Part shown: piece by piece, positions 37,397 to 49,931 of the stretch
How the letters are laid out: each line of letters opens with the position of its first letter
Numbering within the stretch: the stretch's first letter is position 1
DNA from: Octopus vulgaris
Lineage: Eukaryota
Assembly: GCA_951406725.2 (NCBI GenBank)
Contig: OX597815.1
Span: 213,342,001-213,406,000, forward strand
Reading direction: 5' to 3'
DNA length: 64,000 nucleotides
The notes under the pieces: model-generated
Databases searched by the model: none
What the model saw: the letters and a program-made list of their open reading frames with translations, nothing else
Told to the model about the DNA's origin: nothing
Position numbers and translations under genes: made by a program

Positions 37397-39610
37397 CTCC
37401 TTCTTTCTTTCCTTTCCTGAGCATCCAATAACACTAGACTTGTTCCATGTCCTCGCGTTGTTGTGTTTTCATGTTTGGATTAACTTTATATATATATGGT
37501 ATAGCTGTGTGGTGAAGTAGTCTGCTTTCCAACCATGTTTGTCATGGGTTCAGCCCCACTTCGTGGGACCTTGGGCAAGTGTCTTCCACACTGCCCCAAG
37601 CCCATCATGGCCTGAGGCAATATGTATGCATTTAAGTATGTATGGGTTTGTGGTGTAACCTTGTCTAGACATTATGCGATGGTTGTAAACGAGGATCTTT
37701 GGTTATATAAGCAAGGTTGTTCATTTCCAGTCTTCTGTGAGAAAACATGACTGGCCATGGGGAACTATTAACTTGTTTGGAAACAAGTGAGGGTTAGCAA
37801 CAGGAAGGGCATCTGGCTGTAAAAAATCTGACATTAAGATACAAATAAATTCTGGTTAGGAAGATGCTGTTAGTGCGAAGAGAGAGGAGATATAATCTCC
37901 AGACCAAAGACCTGTTCCAAATGTTGGTAACAAAGTGGATTTGGCTAAAGGTACTCAAAGGCCAAATAGGGATGCTTAACCAGGTAATAAATTGAATCCA
38001 ATCTTGTAAAAGCACTGGTCATTTACTGATTCAATCTAATGGTAATCCCTTGTACTGCAGATACCAAATCCCTGATATTGTACTTGAGTTAGAAATCAAT
38101 TATACCTGAAATAGTCTCTGATTTACTTCCTGCAATCAAACCCTTTTTGGAATTATTGTCTTCCATACAAGTGCAGGTGTAGTTGTGTCATAAGAAGTTT
38201 ACTTCCCAAACACATGATTCTGGGTTCAAATATTTTAATCATTCACACAGTTTCAATGAAAGATCTGTGTGGGGTTCAATTCTTTGTTAATAGTTTTTTT
38301 AAACAATGTCTAATACACATCCTTTATTATCAAAATAAATACTCCTGCCCAAATTCTGTATGGGTGGGTGGGTATGTATGTATTTGAACTTGTATAGAAT
38401 AATAAAGTTACTTGATATAAATAGAAACTTGACTGTTTTTTGCCAACCATGTGAACATTTGTGTGTGTATGTGTGAGTTCAAAATATGCTTTAAATAGGA
38501 GGTAATTATATAAGCTATATTGTTTCCATTTTTAGTTTCATAAAGCACAACAGGACACACACACACTATCTATCTGTCTGTCTGTCTGTCTACCGATCTA
38601 TCCATCCACGTACACACACATGTATACATACATACATATATGTATAAAGATAGATACACAAGTATTCAGATAAGAATGCAATGCATCTTATAGCCGAAAC
38701 AGCTGTAAGCTAATGAAGTTCTTTACATAATTTCTTGTGTCCTTGTCATTTATTTAATTTCTTATTTCACTCTGTACTCGACAAATGTTTTTTATATTGA
38801 TTTCTAATACAAGGTTATTAGTATAGCTATGCTTAAGTGAAAAATGAATGAATGAATGTGTGTGTGTGTGTACCATACATACCAGGGTAGGATTAAGGGT
38901 TTTTACTGATGCCGTAAGCACAACTCAATAATGGTGCCTTCTCAACCCTTCTATTGTCTAACTGACATAATATAAGTGCTGAATGTGATGTAAAAAGATG
39001 AAAAATGTCCTTGCCTTTAAGACCAGATACCACAACTATACAAAGTAGATCCTGTTTTTTAAAAGTACAGGCAAATTATTTACTTATAATTAGAACAACA
39101 ATTTTCAGCAACTTTTCTTATTTATTTCTTGTTTTTGAAAAAGCCTGCTACAGTTTACCATTTCCAATATGGCTAATCCAACACACACAAAAACAAAAAC
39201 TCTTTGTGATGCCCTACATTTCCTTAGTGCTGTAAGCACTTGCTCATATTGTTTAATGTTTAATCTGGGCCCAATATACACACCCACACCGACATACACA
39301 TGCTAAAGATTATGTAAGTAATACTATTTTGAAACATACACACCCATTATTAACACCATTTCCATTCAACGACTGTCGATCCCCTAAAAGACTCAGTGTG
39401 CCATTGGCAGCTTATCTGTGCCGCTTGCAAGTGTACCTGTCTATACTGGCCAATTGCAGATATGACATTGGTGGTAGCAGTGGAGATGATGGTGTCCCAA
39501 GGCTGAGTGATTGGCCTCTGGCTATCATTAACATGTAGGAGACATTTGAACTTAGAACACAAAGATCCAAAACAGACATCACACACTAAGTCTGCCAATC
39601 CATCACTCTC

Positions 39611-40003
39611 TCTTTTACTCTTTACTTTTTTACTTGTTTCAGTCATTTGACTGCGGCCATGCTGGAGTACCACTTTTTTCCGAGCAAATCGACCCCAGGA
39701 CTTATTCTTTGTAAGCCTAGTACTTATTCTATCGGTCTCTTTTGCCAAACCGCTAAGTTACGGAGACGTAAGCACACCACCATCGGTTATCAAGCGATGT
39801 TGGGGGGACAAATACAGACACACAAACATATATATATATACGACGGGCTTCTTTCAGTTTCCATCTACCAAATCCACTCACAAGGCTTTGGTCGGCCCGA
39901 GGCTATAGTAGAAGACACTTGCCCAAGGTGCCACGCAGTAGGACTGAACCCGGAACCATGTGGTTGGTAAGCAAGCTACTTACCACACAGCCACTCCTGC
40001 GCC
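39611..40003 (-). mobile_element. SINE family A, full-length
   Basis: Reverse complement of the family A consensus. Confidence 0.85.
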
Positions 40004-42285
40004 TAACTGTTGTACTAACTCACAGAAGATGAAAATAAAAGATGAACTCGGTGTGATTACAACTCAGGCTGCAGGGAATGCGAACAAATGCCATAGAGAT
40101 CTAACAACTCTGGAGGCGTGTGGCTTAGTGGTTAGGTTGTTCGACTCATGATCATAAGATTGTGGTTTCGATTCCTGGACTGGGTGATGTGTTGTTTTCT
40201 GGAGCAAAATACTTCATTTCATGTTGTTCCAGTCCTCTCAGCTGGCAAAATTTAGTAATTCTGTGACAGACTGGTGTCCTGTCCAGGCGGGGAATATATA
40301 TGCTATGAAAACTGGGAAATCAGCCCTATGAGACTCGGGAAGGCACTTTGCTTACGAGCCACTCTGCCACTTGGTTGCTTATGCTTATGTCATAAAGAAA
40401 GTATAATCATATCTGATCAAATTTGTTTAAAAATAAAGTTGAAATTCAATGGGTTTACATATCTTGGTTGGGAGCAATATGAATCAATTCAAATGTGATA
40501 GAAATGAACCAACAGCTGACCAACCTCCACCCCACTCCTCCACCTCACTTAGATATTTAACACCCTAATATTATGTGAGTAGTTATATTAAGAATAGGCA
40601 ATTGTTATTGAGTTACATTGTTGCAGGATTTGAGATCAGTGCTGTAACCCAGTCACTATTGTACAATAGTCTTCCTGAATGGAGAGGGAAGCAACAACTT
40701 TCAGTTTTGCTATTGTATCTGTAAATTGTTGTTGTTATTTAGCAACCCCAGGACAGTCCTAATCATGCAGACATATCTTGATCTTTTCTATCTTTTGTCT
40801 TAGTCATTGGATTGCTGCCAAACAGGGGGCACTGTCTCGACGACGGATTTTAGTTAAACAAACCCCACTTATTTCGAAAGTCTGGCACTTATTCTACAAC
40901 CAGCCTCTTTTGCTGAACTGTTAAGTTATGGAGAGATAAACAAACCAACATCAGTTGCCAAGCACTGGGGAAACACACAGACAGACACACACAAAAGGTT
41001 TCTTTCAATTTCTGTTTATCAAATCTACACACAAGGCTTTGATTGGCCCAGGGCTATGGTAGACGACATTTGCTCAAGATGCCGGAGAGTGGGACTGAAC
41101 TTGAAGCAATGTGGCTGGGAAACAAACTTCTTACCACACAGCCATTCCTGGAGAACAAAAGTATTCAAGCTTGTCTTTTATTTCAGAAAATTAGGATATG
41201 AGGGACTAATGCATCAGGTTTTCTTTTCTAAGGTGATTTGAGGGAGACATAGCAGCAGTTTTTAACAGGTTGAGTGGCCAGTTATAGAGGCTCTCACATT
41301 GGTTTACAGTTAAGTAGACAAGGCCAGTATCTGTTTTTACTTTGGCAACTTGAGCTGATACCTGAGCCAATAAAATAACTTGATTCCGATATTCACCTGT
41401 AACAAAATCAGTTCACTCATAAATGTCACGCTTCCCGATCCCTATTATGTCTCAGCCACAAAGTTAATAAGGATTTTGTTTAATTCATTAGGTCTTAAGT
41501 ATAAATCACTGTGGTTTTGGTGATACTTTGATCTGTATGGCAATCACAATAAACATTGTGTGTGTGGGTGTGTGTGTGAGTTCAAGCGTGAGTAAGTACA
41601 TAGAATAGGCGTGTGCAACCTTTTCCGAGAAACGGGTCGCATGAAGCATGACTCATCATATGGCGGACCGCACTACTAAAAAATTTCAAGACAATTTCTT
41701 GTAAAGTGAGCCACTCATAAAGTCCCAAAGGCCACCGTTTGTCCACGACTTGCACTTCAGGATATTCTCCCCATCAGCTGGTGAGAGGGGATTGTCAGCT
41801 GATGAGGAGGAGTTCAGCACCCAACTGCAGTGCCGAGCAGTATTAATGCTATCTGAAAATGTCACGGTTCTTTTGGTCCATACTGTAGCTCCGTCATTCC
41901 CCTGAAATCCATCTGTATGCTTGTAACCCCCGCCACACGTATATCTAAGTATATATGAGTGTATGTTTGCACAGACCCACGGGTATAAAGTATTCATGAA
42001 TCATACCTTACGTTCATCAAGACTCTTTCTTGATCCTGTTTAATCACAGATAATTTATATATCTTACCCGTGCAACTGAGCTGCCCGAATTTTGCCCACT
42101 CAAAATATGCGAACATCCGGTAAGACTTGGTTGCAAGAAATAATTCGGCTAAAAATATCGTTGCATTGAAAATCTAAATCTATTTTGAAACGTTGGAGTT
42201 CAATAACAAAGAACCACTGGAAGAAAGAAAAAAGTGAAAACGCTTGGAGAGAGGAAGGAGTGATTAGAAAGATAAGGGGGAGAAG

Positions 42286-42431
42286 TGGAGAGAGAGGGAG
42301 AGAGAGAGGAGAGGGAGAGGAGAGAGAGAGAGGAGAGGGAGAGAGAGAGAGAGAGAGAGAGGAGAGGGAGAGGAGAGAGAGAGAGAGAAAGGAGAGTGAG
42401 AGGAGAGAGAGAGAGAGAGAGAGAGGGAGAG

Positions 42432-42525
<94 letters not shown>
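42286..42525. repeat. (GA)n polypurine microsatellite
   Basis: Direct reading; source of the spurious ER-repeat ORFs. Confidence 0.97.
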
Positions 42526-42529
<4 letters not shown>

Positions 42530-43134
42530 ATTGCTTATAGATCAAGTAGCGTTGAACTTATTGCGTTGTGGTATTTTACGTTGTTCTACGAGTTCAAATT
42601 CAGCCTTCTACCACCCTGGGGCTTCAATAAAAATAAGCGGGGATCATCTGATCGAATCTTCCCAATCTCCCTCCTTCCCCATATGTGTATACTCGTGTTT
42701 ATACCGATGATTAGTATAAATTCTAATGTAATTCCAATCAAAGAGAGAGAGAGATAAAGAGAGAGAAAGAGAGAGAGAGAGAAAAGAGAGAGAGAGAGAG
42801 AGAAAGAGGGAGAGAATAAAAATGATTAATTACAATATGCATTTACATTTATTATATTTTTTATCAAAGAAAACGAAATTGTTAATAAAATAACAATACT
42901 CTAATGAGATGAATTAAATTTAATGGAATAAAATTTAATTTATTTCAATAATTTTTCGGTTAGATCAATGTTCAGCCGAGCGAAAATGTCTAGCAGTGAA
43001 ATGAATAATTACACCTTAGTAGCTAACTAACGAACTTCTTTCTTGAACAACCTGCTTCTACACAAATGCAACACAAAGGAAAGAAAAGACGAGGTCATGC
43101 ATAGTTGAAACAGAGGCAACTAGTTCGCATTATA

Positions 43135-43193
43135 TATCGTCTGCACCAACCAGTATGCTATCGTCTGCACCAACCAGTATGCTATCGTCTGCA
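43135..43193. repeat. 24-bp tandem repeat, ~2.5 copies
   Basis: tatcgtctgcaccaaccagtatgc x2 plus a partial copy. Confidence 0.9.
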
Positions 43194-43569
43194 ACTATGT
43201 TAAATGTTCAACATAATAATTAACATTTTCTTTTCAACAAAAATTTTAAAAAAATGAAGAAGCTACGAATGATAGACAAAAGAAAATCGATGTAAGCTAG
43301 CTAGGAAAGCATTTAAAGGTGTTTCGTTCCTCTTTAATGTATGTGTTACATACAAAGATCAAATCCCGCCCTACTCAGTTGTCATTCAATCTTCTGAATC
43401 AAAGGAAATGCGTAAGCAGAATCGTGCTACAGCTCTCGCTATCTCTCTGTTCGCACCTAGGTTTCAGAAATGAAATTACCTTCGTTAATAAACAGTCTAG
43501 CAAAGAAGATAATACGCAATTTAAAAAAAGAAATATCATTGCGCTGCCTCATCTCTTCTTATGTTTGTA

Positions 43570-43600
<31 letters not shown>

Positions 43601-44148
43601 ATGTATGTATGTATGTATGTATGTATGTATGTATGTATGTATGTATGTATGTATGTATGTATGTGTGTGTGCGTGTGTGCGTGCCTGTGTATGTGAGTTT
43701 ATATGTATACATATACACACACATACGCTCTCATTCATACATAAGCATCTTGCAACTGCGTATTTAAGACAAAGATGAACAAAGAATGTTTGTAGTATAA
43801 CAACAACAACATAACATTAATATATAAAAACAAAAGGAAGACTTCTACCGACCCCTGTTACCCTAATAACATTTCTCAATCACATTAAAGAAAAAAAAGA
43901 AAGAAAAAGAAATGTAAACAAAAATAACGTTTCCTTTGTTAATCTAGAATGAGGGAAATGTCAAGGTCAGATTTATATAAAATTACTTTCAAAACAAATA
44001 GATTTAACTGGCAAAAAACATTACATTTATATAATATATATATATATATATCTATATCTAGATATATATATGTACGCACACATATGATAGATAATTGTGC
44101 AATCTACTTTTGTACTATTTTTATTTTTAGTAAATGTAAGAAATGGGT

Positions 44149-44219
44149 GCGTGTTTTGTTTTGTGTGTCCACGTGCGTAAGGAGGTCGGCGGCTGTGCCA
44201 CACCGTGTTTACACACGTA
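44149..44219. promoter_or_regulatory. Candidate HIF/FoxO motif cluster
   Basis: GCGTG 44149-44153, CACGTG 44170-44175, TGTTTAC 44206-44212 and CACGTA 44214-44219 in non-repetitive, CpG-rich sequence upstream of the BNIP3 coding exons. Confidence 0.35.
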
Positions 44220-44280
44220 ATCTCGTTCTTGTATGTATTATTTTCATTTACTACAAGTCAGGTATACATGTATTTTAATA

Positions 44281-44493
44281 CGAAGGGGTGCCGTAAAGTT
44301 CTTGGTTTTAAGGGTGTCGCGAAAGGCCGGATTGAAGGTCCAACTTTCTGAGTTCCCTTACAAGGCTTACAAAAACTGAAGGACCGCTGCAATAAGTTGT
44401 GAATCTGAGAAGGGAAGATGTTGGATAAAATCATAACTGATTCTCCTGCATTTTTTCTTTCAGCCAAAGCCAGAAACTTTTCATCACCTCTCA
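44281..44493 (+). mobile_element. Mariner-derived MITE
   Basis: TA-flanked TIRs (cgaaggggtgccgtaaagttcttggttt / aaagccagaaacttttcatcacctctca); interior retains a transposase C-terminal remnant (RCNK.VNLR.E.V.*). Confidence 0.75.
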
Positions 44494-45334
44494 TAAAGCC
44501 ACCAAATCACGACCAAGTACACACACACACACAATTGCACACTGGGCAGTTTCCTGAGGGGGCCCAAGGGTCAAAGCACCAATTGTAATCTATGTATGCT
44601 GTGGCTGGCTGCCAATAAGTAAATACAATAGGGCGCGGCACACTGATTATCCCCTGGCCCAATAATTAATTCTTTTATTGGCCACAAGGGCTTACATGAA
44701 GAGACAAAGACAGGACGATACAAATGGGTTTTAAAAGTGTGCAAACAAAAAATGACAGAAAATTAAACAAATAAAACTCCCAATAAGGGGAGGCGCATTA
44801 AGGCTACCCGTGGAAAAAATTACAAAAGTCACGGGTGTGACCAACAGGGCAAGAGCCTTTCTTTTAACTTTTACAGGCGCATGCTCAAAATGGGTCCTTC
44901 CACACTGGCCATTTTCCCGACATTTACCCACCTTTCAACAAATTTGTTAGACGGCAACACTTCCTTCTCCACCCATGGCCCAATAATGCAACAAAGAGCT
45001 CTATGTGTGTATGTCTGTGTGCATATGTGTGTGTATGTGCGTGTGCATGCAGTCAATGACTTCTACGGTCGTTGACTTCCAGACTGCAAAACTCTACATA
45101 ATGTACTGAGTGCGCTTTTCTTAGTGCATCTATCCACTTGTGTGTATATATGTCGCTGTATCATCATTATGTAATATGCATATGTTTATCCATTTGTGTT
45201 CTTTATATATATATATCACCGTGATTACTGTGACCCACCAGGCTATCAGATGTTGCGACATCGCTGGTCACAATGCGCTTCGCATTGTTTTAGCCTTCAA
45301 ATGACGCCACCCCGCTGGCTAAGCGAGCAGGCCA

Positions 45335-45381
<47 letters not shown>

Positions 45382-45886
45382 CACACATACACACACACAC
45401 ATTGTATGCAATTCTTTACTCATATATATGTTGACATTTATATGAAATTGGTTGGTATTAAAGTAGACAGGATTGCGGAAGCACGTCGGATGAATCGTGT
45501 TTGCAATGCAAAGATGCAGTCATGTCACACCTTGGCCTTTACTCGTCACATTTGTTTTGAAATACATTGCTGTGATTTCAATTCGTTTTGCAAAATATAA
45601 AGGCTTTAATAAAATGATTTTGTCATTGTTAAGCTGGTGTTTGAAACGTAAATTAACATGAAATTTCGATGGGAAGTTATAATTGAGATCACTTCATACC
45701 AGGAAGTTTGTACCGAAGAGCTAAGGGCGGCCTCAGACGGGTTGGTATCAAAATTGTTAAGGGCAGGTCGGAACAGACGGGAGTCCACATGGGTTATGTT
45801 AGTGGAAAAGGAAGGACCCATGAGTAACGGATTACCGTTTTTATAAATGGTTCTAATTCTTTTATACGGTTTGTTACTTGTATGTA

Positions 45887-46039
45887 CAGTGGCGTAGCAT
45901 GCGCCCCCTCGAGGCAGCTCTTGAGCTTTCCACTACCCTGCTCCCCCACACCTATTTGGACTTATATAGCAAACCAAAAAGTGCCACTCTTATAAAAGCA
46001 TCGCCCAGGGTGGACTCCCCGCCTCCAACTACGCTACTG
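45887..46039. mobile_element. Short TIR element (hAT-like)
   Basis: cagtggcgtag / ctacgctactg terminal inverted repeats. Confidence 0.5.
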
Positions 46040-46430
46040 TGTATAATCATAATCCACAAATGAATCATAAATTAATCCCTGATTACTAATATATTTTATG
46101 AGTAATAATTCTTTTTTGGAACAGTGGGTCTCGTAGCACATAAAGCTATAGAATATAGGTTCAACATCCCTTTGGATAGAAAAAAGCCAAAGGCTGCTCG
46201 TGGGTCAAAAAAAGAATTATTTCACGTTCGCTCGAAAGTTTATGACGTCAGCAACTTTATGAGCATTTTGAAATGTGATGGGTACGTTTCCCACATCCAC
46301 CCTGGGGCTTTTATCAGATGAAATGGGGGCCTGCATTTCACATCTGACCTACACCTATTACCACCTGTACAGGGACTTGGAGGAACATGTGTTTGTGGAA
46401 TATTCGGACAGTGATACGCTAATTCAATGA

Positions 46431-46828
46431 GCAGGAGTGGCTGTGTGATAAGTAGCTTGCTGACGAACCACATGGTTCCAGGTTCATTCCCACTGCGTGG
46501 CACCTTAGGCAAGTGTCTTTTACTATAGCCTCGAGCCGACCAAAGCCGTGTGAGCGGATTTAGTAGACGGAAACTGAAAGAAGCCCGTCGTATATATGTA
46601 TATGTTTGTTTGTCTGTATATGTTTGTGTGTCTGAGTTTGTCCCCCAACATCACTTGACAACCGATGCTGGTGTGTTTACGTCCCCGTAACTTAGCGGTT
46701 CGGCAAAGAGACCGATAGAATAAGTACTAGGCTTACAAAGAATAAGTCCTGGGGTCGATTTGCTCGATTAAAGGCGGTGCTCCAGCATGGCCACAGTCAA
46801 ATGACTGAAACAAGTAAAAGAGTAAAAG
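46431..46828 (+). mobile_element. SINE family A
   Basis: Collinear copy retaining most CpGs. Confidence 0.85.
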
Positions 46829-46896
46829 GGAGTAGGTAATTCAGTTGATGTAACAACAAAACTACTCACCGTCGAAACCGACGGAGAAGCACTTAC

Positions 46897-46964
<68 letters not shown>

Positions 46965-47939
46965 CATACACGAAATGTCTCACTTCACAGCTATGATAAA
47001 GGAAGGGCGCACGATGAAATGCTAGTGCCTAGGTTTGGGCGACGGAGGGCGAGGAGCAAAGCGAGAAACAAAAGCATAAGCAAGAGTACAATAAATAATA
47101 TTAAAAAAATGCCAGACACCAGCATCAGTTCGTTTACCGACAAATTCTGGCCTTGAGGAGGAGGAGAGAGGAAAAAACAAACAAACAAAACATTATAAGT
47201 AACTGTAGTATGCGTGTAATCGGGTTCAGGTTTTGCGTCAACAAAAGCATTAAATATCTATATTCACACATTACATAAATATATCTAATAAGGCAATTTA
47301 TGAGTAATCTGAAAACAACGGCGATAAACGTAGAGCTTCGCTTTCGCTGATCTTGTTTATTTTGTAAATAACCGTCTGTTTACAATATTTTTCGTGCACC
47401 TGCACGAACCAACGCCCGCAAGAGGCCCTTCCCACCCCAGGAACAACAACAACAGTAGTAGTAGTGTGCGACATTTAGACTATCAGGTAAACAAATTTAT
47501 CTAACTGCGCACTCCAGGTGAGATGGATGATAAATCGAACTAATCAAAACAAACAAAGGAGAGCAAAGTAACGCTGCCAAACCGACTTAGTGGACCTTGA
47601 CAGAGAATATCAGTCGGGTCCTCTCTCACAAACTACTCCATCATATCGCTTCAGATATAAACAAAATGGGAGATATCGGACAATCTAGTGTCTCTCACCC
47701 CCTCTCTCTCTCTCTCACACACACAAGCGCCGATTTATAGCATAGGGACAACCAACACTTGCATTTGGGGCCTTGCAAGTCTAAGGGCCCGATTCTAATC
47801 TATATATGCTGTGGTTTGCTGTCAATAGGGCCCAGTGCATTGATTTGTCAGGGGCGAGATGGGAGCTATGATGCTAGAAAGACGACTTCAACACACACAC
47901 ACACACACACGTATACACAAGATGGGACGGTCACGAGTG

Positions 47940-48352
47940 GAATAATATCAGTTTCAAATTTTGCCACAAGGCCAGCAATTTTGAGGGTAGGGTGGGGGTG
48001 GGGGTGGGGTAAATCGATTACATCGACCTCAGTTTTCAACTGGTACTTATTTTATTGACTTCGAAAGGACGAAAGGCAAAGTGGCAAAGTCGATGTCGGC
48101 GGAATTTGAACACAGAACGTAATGACGGACGAAACATCTATTTCTCTACTACCCTCAAGGGCCTAAATACAGAGAGGACAAACAAGGACAGACAAACGGA
48201 TTAAGTCGATTACATAGGTATTTATTTAATCGACCCCGAAAGGATGAAAGGCAAAGTCGACCTCGGCGGAATTTGAACTCAGAACGTAACGGCAGACGAA
48301 ATACCGCTAAGCATTTCGCCCGGCGTGCTCGCGATTCTGCCAGGTTACCGCC
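47940..48352 (-). mobile_element. Two tandem SINE family B copies
   Basis: Reverse-complement copies at ~48137-48352 and ~47940-48134. Confidence 0.8.
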
Positions 48353-49499
48353 TAATTAATGACAAAAAAGAAGGGGCCTTTACAAACGGTTGTATATAGC
48401 TTGTAGATCCCGTAAATTAGAGGCAACCGCATCATTGGATAATAAAATACAGTCCAAGATAAATTATGTATGAAGAAGAAAAAAAAAAAAAGACAAAAGC
48501 AAATAAAAATGAAAAGGGTTGGAGGTGAATATGGCGAGGGCTGACCTAGGGTTAAACACCAACAACGACAACCTTTTCCCTCCCCCCGCCAACAAAGAAA
48601 CATTCACGCAATCGTAAAATTCTAACAAAGCGGGATCGATGCCAAAGCTACAGTCGGTGGCAGCGCAGGTTTTATGAATGATCTACTGTCAATACCGGAC
48701 GCTTCTGAATTAGTCCCCCGGCCTGCTAGAAATAACAACCAAATCTCTTTATATCAACACTTTATTATATTAAAAAGAAAAGAAAAAAAAAAACAACGGG
48801 AGGGCATACCTAAGAAAAAGAAAAACAAAAAATTAAAAAACCATAATTGCTAAGGTTGGCAATCGTTTGTCTGCTCGACCGTATCTAAGGTGAGGTTAGC
48901 TTCTTTAACAATAAAAAAAACGAAAAACACGAAAAGAAATAAAGTGTGATATCCTTCATTGCATCAACAGACTCTAGTCTCTGCCTCCTCCTCCTCCTCC
49001 TCAGAGCTGTTGTGTCAACGTGGTTGGTTAGACGCGAAAAGGCGACGGTAGATATATAACCTACATTAGCTACAAAGCTGGCAGAATAGGTCATGTACTT
49101 TTAAGAAATTTGCTGCTTTTTTTCTCTTCTCATTCCTTTCTGTTAGTTGTTTTTTTTTTTGGTTTGAAATCATTGAAATAAAAATATAAAATAAAAAATA
49201 AAAATAAGAAATAATAAAAACAAAATAATCAAAGACTTTTAAGTGCAAATTTCAATTCCAAACGATTTGATTTGTTATGATCAGTTTTATTCCAGCTGTT
49301 TTCGAATGATAAGCTCGGGTCTCATTCATGTTGGCATACAAACATACACATATGTATGCATACATATATGTGTGTATGTATGCATATATGGATGTATGCA
49401 TATATGTATATATGTATGTTTGCATGTGTATATGTATATGTATGTATAGGTATATATATACATATACACACATACATATATACATACATACATATATAT

Positions 49500-49670
49500 G
49501 GCGCAGGAGTGGCTGTGTGGTAAGTAGCTTGCTTACCAACCACATGTTTCCGGGTTCAGTCCCACTGCGTGGCATCTTGGGCAAGTGTCTTCTACTATAG
49601 CCTCGGGCAGACCAAAGCCTTGTGAGTTGATTTGGTAGACGGAAACTGAAAGAAGCCTGTCGTATATATG

Positions 49671-49701
<31 letters not shown>

Positions 49702-49895
49702 TTGTGTTTGTCCCCCTAGCATTGCTTGACAACCGATGCTGGTGTGTTTATGATCCCGTCACTTAGTGGTTCGGAAAAAGAGACCGATAGAATAAGTACT
49801 GGGCTTACAAAGAATAAGTCCCGGGGTCGAGTTGCTCGACTAAAGGCGGTGCTCCAGCATGGCCGCAGTCAAAATGACTGAAACAAGTAAAAGAG

Positions 49896-49896
<1 letters not shown>
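49500..49896 (+). mobile_element. SINE family A, full-length
   Basis: ggcgcaggagtggctgtgtgg...gactgaaacaagtaaaagag. Confidence 0.85.

Positions 49897-49931
<35 letters not shown>

Noticed and set aside
37850-38140. Complex unique-looking segment as a possible exon
   Set aside because: The best minus-strand acceptor is followed by stops in all three frames; no recognisable protein motif.
42185-42757. 190-aa and 141-aa ER-rich ORFs
   Set aside because: Translations of a (GA)n microsatellite plus a SINE fragment.
43470-43500. Possible 17-nt microexon (LFINE-G) upstream of exon A
   Set aside because: Splice-like signals are present, but nothing independent supports it; chance occurrence is likely.
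44871-44912. MASVEGPILSMRL as BNIP3 first exon
   Set aside because: Donor is weak and in the wrong phase for exon A; similar sequence at ~59274-59310 suggests a repeat.
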